Of a DNA stretch of 53,828 nucleotides, positions 18,189 through 28,023 are shown piece after piece. The position numbers and the translations under genes were made by a program. The notes under the pieces were generated by a model that did not search any database, was not told the origin of the DNA, and was given only the letters and a program-made list of their open reading frames with translations. How positions within the stretch are numbered: position 1 is the stretch's first letter; every line of letters begins with the position of its first letter. Source of the DNA: a virus (Duplodnaviria; Caudoviricetes); the IMG/VR virus record IMGVR_UViG_3300022074_000057, positions 1 through 53,828 of that record; one strand, 5' to 3'.

Positions 18189-18545
18189 ATGGCAACTCTC
18201 ACACTAGCAAGAGGTCGCGGAAACGAGGTAGCTCGATACCGTAGATTTAGGCTTTCAAACCCCTCTGAGGCAGATAGAACGGCGTTTGTTCTCTTGAAGA
18301 GAAGATTTGAAACTCTTTTTAACGACGATGATATCGTATATCTTTCTAACGTAAATGCTATTAAGCATGGAATTTTAGCTACAGTTGCGGAAGATAACGC
18401 TGACATACAACGCGCTGACTACCACTGGAATGTCTGCAACGCATTGCTTGATCAAGAGAAAAGTGCTTATCGAGGCATGGCAAAGCCAGAAATGAATATA
18501 GACCCCTTTGGAGGGTCTGCTTCTAGGGTAGTAAATGTCATGTGA
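18189..18545 (+). CDS. Putative head-tail adaptor, C-terminal part
   Basis: Same frame as 17418; strand(s) then DDDIV and terminal helices typical of adaptor C-termini. Confidence 0.6.
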   Translation: MATLTLARGRGNEVARYRRFRLSNPSEADRTAFVLLKRRFETLFNDDDIVYLSNVNAIKHGILATVAEDNADIQRADYHWNVCNALLDQEKSAYRGMAKPEMNIDPFGGSASRVVNVM

Positions 18546-18604
18546 TTTATTTTATGTTTTGAGTAAATTCAAAACACCAAACCCAAGAACACAAAAAAAA
18601 CACC

Positions 18605-18778
18605 ATGAATAAAGAATCCATTCTTTCAGTTGTACGCCACATCCTCACTTTTGGAGGAGGTTTGTTGGTGAGTAAAGGCATTGGCCTTGATGAACAGATG
18701 ATGCTTGAAGCGGTTGGTAGTATTATCACGCTCATTGGTATCGTTTGGGGTATTCGCCAGAAGTCCTCCTCAAAATAA
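18605..18778 (+). CDS. Putative holin, 57 aa (not in the ORF track)
   Basis: MNKESILSVVRHILTFGGGLLVSKG...AVGSIITLIGIVWGIRQK; two hydrophobic segments. Confidence 0.7.
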   Translation: MNKESILSVVRHILTFGGGLLVSKGIGLDEQMMLEAVGSIITLIGIVWGIRQKSSSK

Positions 18779-19026
18779 TGAGGGCAGTTCTAGCTGCGCT
18801 CGCTTCAGCACTATCGGCACTAGCCTCATATTATCAGACTGTATTTCCGATAAAGGAGATGCGCTCAATACAGAAGGAAATCTACGACTATGAAGATGAG
18901 ATACATCGCCTTGGTGATCGCGGGAATCCTGCTGACAAGCTGCGCATCGAAGTCATCTCTAAAAGAAAGCGAGACGCAGCAGAACAACTCCGCACTCTAC
19001 GATCCTCCTACGGTGACGCTGATTAA
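18778..19026 (+). CDS. i-spanin (Rz)-like protein
   Basis: TAATG coupling; hydrophobic N-terminus plus coiled coil; overlapped by a lipoprotein gene. Confidence 0.5.
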   Translation: MRAVLAALASALSALASYYQTVFPIKEMRSIQKEIYDYEDEIHRLGDRGNPADKLRIEVISKRKRDAAEQLRTLRSSYGDAD

Positions 19027-19141
19027 AGGTGAAACTTATAAGTTTAAAGAAGGCGTTATCAAGGGCAGGGGTCAGAAGTTTCACTCTCACTACAGCTACG
19101 TAATGGCTTTACTAACTGGAAAGCCTTATGAACAAAAATAA
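18890..19141 (+). CDS. Lipoprotein, o-spanin (Rz1)-like
   Basis: Signal peptide with LTSC lipobox; overlaps the previous gene in another frame. Confidence 0.6.
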   Translation: MKMRYIALVIAGILLTSCASKSSLKESETQQNNSALYDPPTVTLIKGETYKFKEGVIKGRGQKFHSHYSYVMALLTGKPYEQK

Positions 19142-19156
19142 AAAGATCGGATTTAC

Positions 19157-20035
19157 ATGAGTGATTCTTTTATATCTGCGGTTGAAGGTGCGATTAAGGA
19201 CACCCCAGAAGACAAACCTTGGTTCAAAACCAAAGAAGGGTGGGCTCAATATTATGATGAGCTAGGTAGATCAATCCCAGAAGACGCAGGAGACATTTTA
19301 AATATATTATCTGACCCGGAGGGGGTAGTTAGAGATGTAGCTTCTTTTTCAAAAAATGAATTAAAAAGTCTTTCAGACTTAGGAGCAAAAGGCTACGCGC
19401 AAAGGGTGGCTAAATCAGGGTCTGATTTTGTTAGTGAAGCTAAAGAAGACCCAGAAACAGCAGCAGATATAACATCTCAAGCTCTTCTTGCCTTGGCTTT
19501 AAAAGGCGGAAGAATGGTGAAGCAGAAACGCACCAAAAAAGAGTTACAGAAAAAATTCGACGAGGGTGACCAGAATTTTGTGGAAGTTGAGGATGGCTGG
19601 CTTGAACCGACCGTTTTAGAAAACGTAGTTGATACCACAAAGCGGTTAGGGGGTTCAGGTTCTAGGGCGGGGTTGACATTTAATGACGTAGGGCAAAGAG
19701 AGGAGCCGCGACTTATTGATATGATTGAAAGAAATATAGCGGAATCTCAGATTGATGCTGTAGGAAAAGATAGAACCCTAGCTCCGGCATCCAGATTTTT
19801 TAAGGGAGTGGATGCGGCTATTCAAAAAAACGTAGGCGAACCAATTTTAAAAGGTTTGTCTAACTCACCTCTTAGAAAAGGTTTTCAAAGATCGTATGAA
19901 GAGGCGGCAGACTCAAGAATTTCTAATGAGATCCTCTCCAGACTAAATACAGAAAAGGAGAAGGCGGGAGATCGAGATAAGCTAAGAGCTTACCAGCAAA
20001 AGTATTTCCCAAGCGCAAAGCTCCGCAACCTTTAG
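19157..20035 (+). CDS. Hypothetical protein
   Basis: 292-aa ORF. Confidence 0.7.
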   Translation: MSDSFISAVEGAIKDTPEDKPWFKTKEGWAQYYDELGRSIPEDAGDILNILSDPEGVVRDVASFSKNELKSLSDLGAKGYAQRVAKSGSDFVSEAKEDPETAADITSQALLALALKGGRMVKQKRTKKELQKKFDEGDQNFVEVEDGWLEPTVLENVVDTTKRLGGSGSRAGLTFNDVGQREEPRLIDMIERNIAESQIDAVGKDRTLAPASRFFKGVDAAIQKNVGEPILKGLSNSPLRKGFQRSYEEAADSRISNEILSRLNTEKEKAGDRDKLRAYQQKYFPSAKLRNL

Positions 20036-20042
20036 TTAGGTG

Positions 20043-20828
20043 ATGAACAAAAATGATCTATACACGCTCCGGTGGCACCTTAAAAACTGGACAAGTGATA
20101 GTCACGCCAAGGCACTGAGAGTGGTTGATCGTTTGCTGGGGGAAGCATCAGCAGTTGATCGGGAACACTCTTCCTCCTCAAATAATAATTCTGGTAAAAG
20201 ATCTAACCAGCGGTCTTTGTGGTATCCTCAAGCGGAGACAAATTTCGCACCTTCTAAGACAAGGGGGAGCTACCCTAGCGGTGGGCCGGAGGGAGCAATA
20301 GTTCATTGGACGGCAGGAAGGGAGAACCAAACCCTGAGATCCGCTCTGTCCTATCAAGCTAGGCAGGGCTTCACCTATTTCGTCATTGATGAGAATGGTA
20401 ACGTAGGCCAAAACTTCCCGCTCAATAAGTGGGGGTATCATGCAGGGAAAAGCTATTATGATGGGTTAGGGTCTTACGTTTCCAATAGAGTGGTTGGTAT
20501 AGAGGTTATATGTCCAGGCCATTTAGACAATCGAAGGACTGCTTGGTTTGATCGAACTGAACCCTATCCCGAAGATAATTGCCGCTTAGAGAAGCGGAAG
20601 AATAAGAACATTGCCCCAGGCTACTATTACAAGTTCACCGAAGAGCAGGAGAACAGTTTAACAAAGTTGCTGCTCTGGCTATGGGATCAGTATGACTGCT
20701 TCCAAGTTCCTTATGTCCTCGGTCACGATGAAGTTTCCCCTGGCAGGAAGGTAGACCCAGGTGGCTCCCTATCAATGACTATGCCTGAGTATAGGTCTAG
20801 TGTTCTATCGTTAACTAATGTAACATGA
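20043..20828 (+). CDS. Endolysin, N-acetylmuramoyl-L-alanine amidase (Amidase_2)
   Basis: IVHWTAG, YHAGKS, VGIEV, LGHDEVSPGRKVDPG. Confidence 0.9.
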   Translation: MNKNDLYTLRWHLKNWTSDSHAKALRVVDRLLGEASAVDREHSSSSNNNSGKRSNQRSLWYPQAETNFAPSKTRGSYPSGGPEGAIVHWTAGRENQTLRSALSYQARQGFTYFVIDENGNVGQNFPLNKWGYHAGKSYYDGLGSYVSNRVVGIEVICPGHLDNRRTAWFDRTEPYPEDNCRLEKRKNKNIAPGYYYKFTEEQENSLTKLLLWLWDQYDCFQVPYVLGHDEVSPGRKVDPGGSLSMTMPEYRSSVLSLTNVT

Positions 20829-20841
20829 ATAACCCTCAATA

Positions 20842-21321
20842 ATGCCCCGTTCTATGTCTAAAAAAAGTTGGGAAGAAAAAAAAGAGGAGGAAAGAAAAAA
20901 ACAACACGCAAAATATATGCGGGAGTGGAATAGAACCTTGGAGGTTAAAGCTAGAAAATATAAAATAAAGTTTGGGGATTTTATAGCTCTAGTATCAAAG
21001 TCCGCTGGAAAATGCGACATATGTGGAGAGCCTCTAAGCCAAAAAAATTATTCTGTTGATCACAATCATAAAACAAATAAGGTAAGAGGAATCCTTTGTA
21101 GGAATTGTAATACCTCTTTGGGTCTTCTGAAAGATAGCCCTTCAATAATAGCGGAGGCTTTAAAATACTTAAAAGAGCGTAGCTACTCAGGAAGCGCGAG
21201 AAAAGTTAGAAAGAAACGCCCCTTCGGTAAGAAAAGAACCCAAGAGTTTAGAGAATATTTAGAGGAATGGAACGAGACGAATTTGGAGATTCCCTTTTTG
21301 GAAAAGATCAAAAAGCAATAG
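20842..21321 (+). CDS. Endonuclease VII-like nuclease
   Basis: CDICG...VDHNHKTNKVRGILCRNCNTSLG. Confidence 0.9.
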   Translation: MPRSMSKKSWEEKKEEERKKQHAKYMREWNRTLEVKARKYKIKFGDFIALVSKSAGKCDICGEPLSQKNYSVDHNHKTNKVRGILCRNCNTSLGLLKDSPSIIAEALKYLKERSYSGSARKVRKKRPFGKKRTQEFREYLEEWNETNLEIPFLEKIKKQ

Positions 21322-21452
21322 ATGACATGATCTGTAAATCAATTCGATACTTAATTGATGAAGGATACAAAAAGACAGACATACTTCTATGCCTGTCTTG
21401 GATCATTGCGGAAATCGCTTCGGAAATCCAATTTGATTCTCCCGAATCTTAG
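21267..21452 (+). CDS. Small hypothetical protein
   Basis: 61-aa ORF filling the gap before the convergent primase gene. Confidence 0.45.
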   Translation: MERDEFGDSLFGKDQKAIDDMICKSIRYLIDEGYKKTDILLCLSWIIAEIASEIQFDSPES

Positions 21453-23626
21453 AAGGGATCACCTAATTTTATTTCAGAGTCATCGAAGGACAAGTAATTG
21501 TCGATGTCATATTTTGGACTGAGGTCTATTGTCCATTTCTTTCCGCCTCCATGTCCCGAAGATTGTATCGGTCGTAACCTGGGGTTTGCCTTATGAGCTT
21601 CCTCCATAGCGCAAAAACCTCTTCGGACAAACTCCAAGTTCTGAGACATACCGACTGATCGTCCATTATTAAATTCATGGACTAGCACCTGGAAGTTGGT
21701 CAACGTCCCTCTCCAGGATTCGTTGTCTAAGTTTTCTGCGCCCCGGTATTTCTCGACAAAGAACTCTACAAGCTCCGCGATAGCACTCCTGCTTGAGTTG
21801 TCATAAGCGGCGGAGACGATTGATTCGTCAATGAAGGAGTCAACTCCGAACCTGCTGAAATCATTTAGGTCTTGGGGTATCTGCCAATCAAGCAGGAACT
21901 TTGCAAAGTGTGGGAGTTCCATTTCTATAGTTTGCTCAAGGTCATGGCTGGGAGGGAAATCACTCGTAGCAAAATCAGAAATACGAATAGCCATGATCTT
22001 ATCCCTGTTCGATGAGTCGAGTGCTGGGATAACCGTGAGACTATTCGCATCCATGTTAAGAGACATAATTACCCTACCCGTCCACGGTACAGACAACGTG
22101 TCAGCATACTTAGCCTGATACTCAATTCTTGGGTTAGCTACCGCCCTCTTGATAAGCTCAGTGGCTTTACGTTGATCTTCAAAGGAAGCGGCACTAACCG
22201 TGTCATCAATTACCCAAGCTGCTGACCTACCCAGATCTTTATTGAATTTTGTGTGTCCGCTCAAATAGTCGCTTGCGTCTGCAAACCCTCCAACTAAATC
22301 ACCGATAACTCTGTTAGAGAGCAAGGACTTTCCTTTGTTAGTCATGCCAACTAAGAGTAGGGCTTGGCCCTGCTGAAACTTGTAATTTAAGGCAGCATCA
22401 TAGAAACGCTTCATCCAAGAATAAAAGTAATCCGTAGCAGGTCTATCCCCCGCTGGGCTAAACAGTTGAGACAGCCACCCATGTAGGAAGGGCCAATCTT
22501 TCGGGTCGCCAGATTCCGCTGGCTGGGTTGGTTTGTTGGATGCGTTGTTTAGGATTCGGTGACCGTTGTAGGTAACTAACCTTTCGTTTGAGAACACAAC
22601 AGGAGCAATTTCGTCTACACGATTTTGATTACTTACCATCAAGACAGCCGAATCCACTTCAGAGATGGACTGACCTTTTTTGGTTTTTGTGGAGAAGCCT
22701 TTTTGTCTAAGCTCAAGGATTAACTGGTCTTTCGGGATCGTAACGGCGCACCCGTGAAGTAGCTTATAAAAAGACCTGCCATTAAACCAGTAGTCATCGA
22801 GAACCACAGCTATTTTCTTTTCCTCGTATTTCTCAATAAATGAAGAGCCGAAGATCTCTCGCCACGATACGAACCCTTTCCCTGCTCGGTCGCTGTAGCA
22901 TACCATTCCATCTTCTCCCACTTGGCAACCCTCGCGGTTAATCCCGTCCCCTATCCAGAATAGCGGACCTCTAGCCCCGATTTCAAAATCGCCCAGCCAA
23001 CGTCCTGGGAAAATCTCTTCTACTTTTTCAGCAATAACATCGAGCGGGACTGTGATGTCTGACGCTATGATAGGCTTCTTCTGGATCGCTCTGTTTAGAG
23101 CCGCATGAATTACGGAAGAGGGCAGGGGCTTGCCTATTTCTTTCCAATCTTCTCCAGCCTCAAAATACTGATTAGGCTTGAAAGCGCAATCGTCGAAGCC
23201 AGCAAGTATTCGTTGTGCTTTAGTAGCTTTTCCTATCTCTCTTACAAAGGTGTCGTAAAGGCTTTTATCAATAGGCAGAGGTTCTTCAAACTCCCAAATC
23301 GCTCTAGCATATCCGCTGAAAGTTTTGCAAATCCACTTAGGTGCGTAGGGGGTAGCATCGTTGATTTGAATCTCAACAACATCCCAATCAACGGGGGCAT
23401 CATAGTCCGCTATGAAACCTAATACTCTATTAACGTGATTGCTGTTTGAAACTCTCTCCCCAGGAGCATCGCCCTCGCACATACTGATAAAAGCATGGTC
23501 AGTATCAGAGGAGGAACTCCAATCTCTAAACTCTGCTTTATTTGAAAAGTTAGGTTTATTCTTTGGGAGTTTGCTTGGTTCAATGTTTCGGGCTTCCTTA
23601 TCTCTCAGGTTTTTTATATATCTCAT
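21449..23626 (-). CDS. Primase-helicase (AEP-like N-terminus plus SF3-like NTPase)
   Basis: FIADYD and TFSG near the N-terminus; Walker A GMTNKGKS, Walker B WVIDD. Confidence 0.8.
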   Translation of the reverse strand: MRYIKNLRDKEARNIEPSKLPKNKPNFSNKAEFRDWSSSSDTDHAFISMCEGDAPGERVSNSNHVNRVLGFIADYDAPVDWDVVEIQINDATPYAPKWICKTFSGYARAIWEFEEPLPIDKSLYDTFVREIGKATKAQRILAGFDDCAFKPNQYFEAGEDWKEIGKPLPSSVIHAALNRAIQKKPIIASDITVPLDVIAEKVEEIFPGRWLGDFEIGARGPLFWIGDGINREGCQVGEDGMVCYSDRAGKGFVSWREIFGSSFIEKYEEKKIAVVLDDYWFNGRSFYKLLHGCAVTIPKDQLILELRQKGFSTKTKKGQSISEVDSAVLMVSNQNRVDEIAPVVFSNERLVTYNGHRILNNASNKPTQPAESGDPKDWPFLHGWLSQLFSPAGDRPATDYFYSWMKRFYDAALNYKFQQGQALLLVGMTNKGKSLLSNRVIGDLVGGFADASDYLSGHTKFNKDLGRSAAWVIDDTVSAASFEDQRKATELIKRAVANPRIEYQAKYADTLSVPWTGRVIMSLNMDANSLTVIPALDSSNRDKIMAIRISDFATSDFPPSHDLEQTIEMELPHFAKFLLDWQIPQDLNDFSRFGVDSFIDESIVSAAYDNSSRSAIAELVEFFVEKYRGAENLDNESWRGTLTNFQVLVHEFNNGRSVGMSQNLEFVRRGFCAMEEAHKANPRLRPIQSSGHGGGKKWTIDLSPKYDIDNYLSFDDSEIKLGDPF

Positions 23627-25383
23627 TTTTCGTATCTTTGCAGTATTTTGCCTTCGGCTTCAAGTGGAATCTTTGAAATCCACTCAGGTGAGGTAGATAA
23701 AATTCTAGTAACATCCTCTAGAGCCTTATCAGCTTTGTCTTCGTCTACCTCTACGACCACTTCATCGTGGACATGGAAAAGTATCCAATACCCTTCTTTT
23801 CTGATCCGCAGCATGGCATCAGTGAAAATATCTCTAGCCAGAGCGGACGCAGCGTTCTCCGCTAAAATACCTCCCCAAAGTTTCATGGGGACTTTGTTTG
23901 ATCCTTTTACAATTTTAGCTACTAACTCTAGTCCTCTGGATGTTTTATTGGAAAACAAATTACCATAACTAAGTTTTCTACCAGAAGGCAGAGATATTTC
24001 AAAAGGACATTCCGCGTCATACGCAGCATTCAAAGAGTCATTCAATTCCCTCCAATACCTAGTGACTTTAGGGAGACTACTTCTGTATAGGGCCACAGAC
24101 TTAGCAGCTTCTTTTTCTGTCGTGCCGCTAAACTCACTGAACCTTTTTGCGCCAACCCCGTATCCACACCCAAGGGCCATAGTCTTTACCATATGCCTAA
24201 GATTAGGGTCTTCTTTTTTTAAAGAACCTTTAGCCTCATCCCACAGACCGAACTGAATAGCAAACGCCTCATATATGTCATCTGATTTCTCTATTCGTTC
24301 AAGCATTCCTGAGTCATCGGACAACCAAGATAATGTCCTGACCTCTATCTGAGACAAGTCCACCACTACCAGTTTCTTACCTTCTGGAGCGCAGATTACT
24401 TTTCTCATGTCTACTCCAAACATTTCTCCCCTTGGCATATTCTGAAGGTTGAGGTTGCCTCCGCTGCCGCTGAACCGTCCTGTGTGCGCCCCCCAATACA
24501 TCAGTCCACCATAGTATCTACCATTCTGCATGGTCGCGTTTCGGAAGGAAAGCATCTTTTTCTTTAGCGAATTTATTCGCCTCCAGTTTCTGGTCGCTTC
24601 AATCCAGAGAAACTTTTTACTGTTGGCGCGGAACCATTGTTCGGTTTCCTCGTTATCTTTCGCCAGTGACGCAGGTGGGACAAGACCATTCTTCCTGCAC
24701 TCATCATTAAAGGCTTCCCTAGACAGGAGTTTCTTCTCGCCAATCCAAGGGATGTTTTGTTCCGCCAAAAAAAGTTCTTTATTGAGTGTGGATATACACT
24801 CTTCAATGTAGTCGGGGTCTACTGGTATTCCCCCTTGTACTGCTTTCCGATTCATTACGCTGATCTCTTTTTCTCGATCCGGCCATAAATGTTCAAGTTT
24901 CTGCCAAAGGGCCAAGCAGTATTCAGAGTCCTTAGTTGCATATTCAAGAACCTCATCCTTGAATAAAGAGTCCATGCCTTCCCACTTCTGGCCTTTCATG
25001 GTGTCGCGGGTTTCTTTACTAAGCTCTATGCCCAAGACCGCTTTTGAAGCTCCCTTCAAGTTACGTGGATACCCGCAATACGCCGCCATGTCAGCAGTGC
25101 AGTGCCACTCGGCATAGTTAACTTCACCCCACCAGTTCATCCCTATGCCGAAGAGGTAAAGGGTTTCATCGAAAGCAGCGTTATGTGAGATTACTCTATT
25201 CCCTTCTAGAATACTCCAATCAAAATCTTTGGGGTGTCCCACATAAACATATCCATCGTCTCCTACAACACTCACCATGTAAGCATCGAAGTCTGGATGA
25301 GAGAAATACCCCAGCGGCCCCAGAACAGATATGGAGCATTCTTTGTCATAGTAGGACTCGTAATCAAGTGCGTATGTTTTCAT
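23623..25383 (-). CDS. polA: Family A DNA polymerase with 3'-5' exonuclease
   Basis: ALDYES, HNAAFD; motif A DLSQIEVR, motif B RHMVKTMALGCGYG, motif C HVHDE. Confidence 0.93.
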   Translation of the reverse strand: MKTYALDYESYYDKECSISVLGPLGYFSHPDFDAYMVSVVGDDGYVYVGHPKDFDWSILEGNRVISHNAAFDETLYLFGIGMNWWGEVNYAEWHCTADMAAYCGYPRNLKGASKAVLGIELSKETRDTMKGQKWEGMDSLFKDEVLEYATKDSEYCLALWQKLEHLWPDREKEISVMNRKAVQGGIPVDPDYIEECISTLNKELFLAEQNIPWIGEKKLLSREAFNDECRKNGLVPPASLAKDNEETEQWFRANSKKFLWIEATRNWRRINSLKKKMLSFRNATMQNGRYYGGLMYWGAHTGRFSGSGGNLNLQNMPRGEMFGVDMRKVICAPEGKKLVVVDLSQIEVRTLSWLSDDSGMLERIEKSDDIYEAFAIQFGLWDEAKGSLKKEDPNLRHMVKTMALGCGYGVGAKRFSEFSGTTEKEAAKSVALYRSSLPKVTRYWRELNDSLNAAYDAECPFEISLPSGRKLSYGNLFSNKTSRGLELVAKIVKGSNKVPMKLWGGILAENAASALARDIFTDAMLRIRKEGYWILFHVHDEVVVEVDEDKADKALEDVTRILSTSPEWISKIPLEAEGKILQRYEK

Positions 25384-25562
25384 TTTTTCTCTCCGCAACA
25401 AAGGACTCCGTTCTGATCCTGCCAGTATTCCAAGGGAATGCTTTCTCCCTCTAGAAACTCAATCATCCTTTCTGTTTGCTCGCGGCTAAGGTCTAGGGCT
25501 TCTACCAGAGAGTGAAAGAATTCAATCATTTCTCCAGCCTCAACGTCTTCGATATTTGTCAT
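25380..25562 (-). CDS. Small hypothetical protein
   Basis: ATG at 25562; ATGA overlap with the polA start. Confidence 0.55.
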   Translation of the reverse strand: MTNIEDVEAGEMIEFFHSLVEALDLSREQTERMIEFLEGESIPLEYWQDQNGVLCCGEKK

Positions 25563-25566
25563 GAGT

Positions 25567-25600
25567 AAAAAAAAGGCTCCGCCCATAATGAGCGGAGCCT
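25567..25600 (-). terminator. Intrinsic terminator
   Basis: Minus strand reads AGGCTCCGCTCAT-T-ATGGGCGGAGCCT-TTTTTTT. Confidence 0.8.
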
Positions 25601-25615
25601 CTATTATTTTTATTT

Positions 25616-25792
25616 TTATGCTTCCGGCAACGAATCGGAAAGCACTTTATGGGCCGCGCCTAATCTCTTTATTTCAGATTCCAAGTGTTCTGTTGCGGCT
25701 TGTAATTCATCGAGTTTTTGTTCTAGTTCGGAACGCACGGCCTCGATGTTTGCTACGTGTTCCTTGACGAGTTCAGTGTTTTCGTTACTCAT
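25616..25792 (-). CDS. 58-aa coiled-coil protein MSNENTELVKEH... (not in the ORF track)
   Basis: TAATG coupling with the upstream gene; followed by the terminator. Confidence 0.65.
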   Translation of the reverse strand: MSNENTELVKEHVANIEAVRSELEQKLDELQAATEHLESEIKRLGAAHKVLSDSLPEA

Positions 25793-26427
25793 TACTGAAA
25801 CATTTTTAAGAACTGAATCACTCCCTCAGAAGCGACCTCTGGAGAGTTTTCTAAGCTAGGGCAATACCAGCTATACTTGCCCTTTGTGAGCAAGATAGAC
25901 TTCATGTTCCACACCTTAGACGAAAGGTCTGCTCCGTTGTTAACCGCAGCGAACGTGGCGAGCCGCTTGTAGGTATTACGGTAAGCATCCTTCTGCACGT
26001 TGATTCGGCCCAGAGCAAACTGATTATCTCCAATCGGCACGTTATATACCGTTTGGTCAGCATCCTCACCTCCGTGGAAGAGGATGCGAATGTCTGCAAA
26101 CTCTAGGATTTTATATCCTGAGTCAGCTTCCAGTGCGTCACGATCATCATGGTTCCATGCGATGCGAGGCATCTCATCCTCGTCGAACGGGATGTCTTCC
26201 CGCCAACCCTTACGGGCGGACACGATTGAAACGCCCACTGGGACATCAGCTTCTGCGATGCAGTGCTTTTGGTCCAGCATGATTGACCCAAGGGGTCCGT
26301 CGATCTGGCTCATCTTCTGAACCAAGTTTACTTTGGGGATGTCGATGTCCTCTGGGTCGATGATGAATCCAGGAGTCGCGGATGACAGTTCTTTCTTATC
26401 TTCTACTACTATTTCCGATTTTGCCAT
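25792..26427 (-). CDS. Putative single-stranded DNA-binding protein
   Basis: DIDIPKVNLVQKMS and KGKYSWY motifs; lies between the nuclease and polA. Confidence 0.6.
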   Translation of the reverse strand: MAKSEIVVEDKKELSSATPGFIIDPEDIDIPKVNLVQKMSQIDGPLGSIMLDQKHCIAEADVPVGVSIVSARKGWREDIPFDEDEMPRIAWNHDDRDALEADSGYKILEFADIRILFHGGEDADQTVYNVPIGDNQFALGRINVQKDAYRNTYKRLATFAAVNNGADLSSKVWNMKSILLTKGKYSWYCPSLENSPEVASEGVIQFLKMFQ

Positions 26428-26449
26428 TTTAATGGTTTGGTTTTTTTTG

Positions 26450-27322
26450 TTATTTAGAGAGCGTGAATCGCTCTTCAGACTTTGACATAATGCTCTTTTC
26501 TTCAAGCGCGTCAAGAAATTCCGTTTTTATTTGTGCTTTTTCTTTTGTTTTTGCCGTGTCGGTAACGGCTTTAGTAAGTTTACCAATTGGGAACGAAGCT
26601 AGATTCAAAAGGTTCTCTTCGGTAATTCCGAAGTCTTTCGCGGTTCTTACAAGACCTGTCACATTTTCTATTTTAGATGTTGCACCCATTGATTTTAATT
26701 TAAGTTCTGGGAATACCATACCCTCCTTCGCCAGTTGGACAGCATTTCTTTTGTATGACATAGCCCATTTCTCTACCACCTTGGCTAGTTCATAAAGAGT
26801 TTCAACTTGTTCGGGATCATCCGTATCATCAAACTCAACCCCCTCAAAATGGTGACCTACTTTTTTAGCTACTTCCGAAACCAGACCCACCAGAGCAGGA
26901 CAAGACTCTTCATGTCGGCAGAACCTACAATTTTGAGTTGGGTTTAGGTTTTGAGTCGGGGGTGTCCCGTCTTGCCAGTAGTGCCTAGTCCCAGTGGCTA
27001 AGGCGACCACCGTAGATAATTCCTTTCGTAAAGCAGGGACATCTTCTCTGTTAAACGTGTGGTGTGGGGAGTCATCATAAAGGGGAATGTAGAAAACAAA
27101 AGTGACCTCTTCTACTTCGGAGTATTTTTGAAACACCCCCAGAGTGTAGGCTTTTGCTTGATAATTTTTCGACGGGTGATCAATCTGACTGATGCCCGTT
27201 TTATAGTCTGCGAGCAGTGCTTTTTTACCATCGTAGATGGTCAAGCGATCACACGTTCCAAACGTAGCTAGTCCGTAGTCTAATTCGATGTCTAAAACTA
27301 TTTCGTTGTAGTCCTCTTTCAT
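26450..27322 (-). CDS. Cas4-like/DUF2800 PD-(D/E)xK nuclease, C-terminal part
   Basis: FGTCD, LADYKTG, QAKAY, CRFCRHEESC. Confidence 0.8.
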   Translation of the reverse strand: MKEDYNEIVLDIELDYGLATFGTCDRLTIYDGKKALLADYKTGISQIDHPSKNYQAKAYTLGVFQKYSEVEEVTFVFYIPLYDDSPHHTFNREDVPALRKELSTVVALATGTRHYWQDGTPPTQNLNPTQNCRFCRHEESCPALVGLVSEVAKKVGHHFEGVEFDDTDDPEQVETLYELAKVVEKWAMSYKRNAVQLAKEGMVFPELKLKSMGATSKIENVTGLVRTAKDFGITEENLLNLASFPIGKLTKAVTDTAKTKEKAQIKTEFLDALEEKSIMSKSEERFTLSK

Positions 27323-27552
27323 CCTTCTAATTTCCATTTTAATTCGCCTCTAGGTTTCTCTGGGAAAATTTTTAATAGTTTCCTTGTGTCTCTCTTGACG
27401 GCCATGTCAATTTTCAAATCTGAAAGCGTTTTAACTATGTTGGTTTTCTTATCCCACGAAATCCTTTGTTCTATTTCTTTGGAAGTTCTAACCTCCCCGT
27501 CACTCAGTTCTTTGAGTAATTTATCCCTTAGTGGTCCGTATTTAAACTCCAT
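27319..27552 (-). CDS. Small basic protein, possibly winged HTH
   Basis: 77-aa ORF between the two nuclease halves. Confidence 0.55.
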   Translation of the reverse strand: MEFKYGPLRDKLLKELSDGEVRTSKEIEQRISWDKKTNIVKTLSDLKIDMAVKRDTRKLLKIFPEKPRGELKWKLEG

Positions 27553-27553
27553 A

Positions 27554-27988
27554 TCAAATCTCTAAAATAAGCTCTTCTATTTTTTCATTTAACTCTTCAC
27601 TCATGGGATAGGGTTCTTTAGTTTCCGACAGCCGCAAGTTATCAACTTCTATATCGCCGTTTGAGAATCGTTTGAATTCAAATTCGACTGCTTCTCCGTT
27701 GTGGGGTCCATCTGGAATGTAAAGCCATTCCTTTCCGCTAATTTCTTTATATTCTCTGTATCTCATATCGTCCCTTTCTCTTAAAATACTTTCAAGACAC
27801 TCTACCAGTGTCTTAGTCTCTACACTCTTAAATCTCGGATCGAAAGCAACTACAAGTAAGTTTGGGGATATAGTCTTACTTGGTGGACTTTTCAATTCCT
27901 TTAGTAATGCCACTACCACATCAGTCTCTAGCCCCCTTAAAAAGGAAGCCGCAGTTCTTGGCAGTCCTTGTTGAGTTTCAAATTCCAT
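27554..27988 (-). CDS. Hypothetical protein
   Basis: 144-aa ORF between the two nuclease halves. Confidence 0.6.
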   Translation of the reverse strand: MEFETQQGLPRTAASFLRGLETDVVVALLKELKSPPSKTISPNLLVVAFDPRFKSVETKTLVECLESILRERDDMRYREYKEISGKEWLYIPDGPHNGEAVEFEFKRFSNGDIEVDNLRLSETKEPYPMSEELNEKIEELILEI

Positions 27989-28023
27989 AGAAATTTACGA
28001 ACAGATAGAAGCAGGGCGACATC

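Noticed and set aside
18165-18191. Stop-codon readthrough or an alternative genetic code joining the adaptor halves
   Set aside because: Two consecutive different stops (TAG TAA); TAG, TAA and TGA all end ordinary genes in this genome
27323-28023. Self-splicing intron or intein in the Cas4-like gene
   Set aside because: The interval is fully occupied by two ORFs, with no recognisable group I/II core or intein termini
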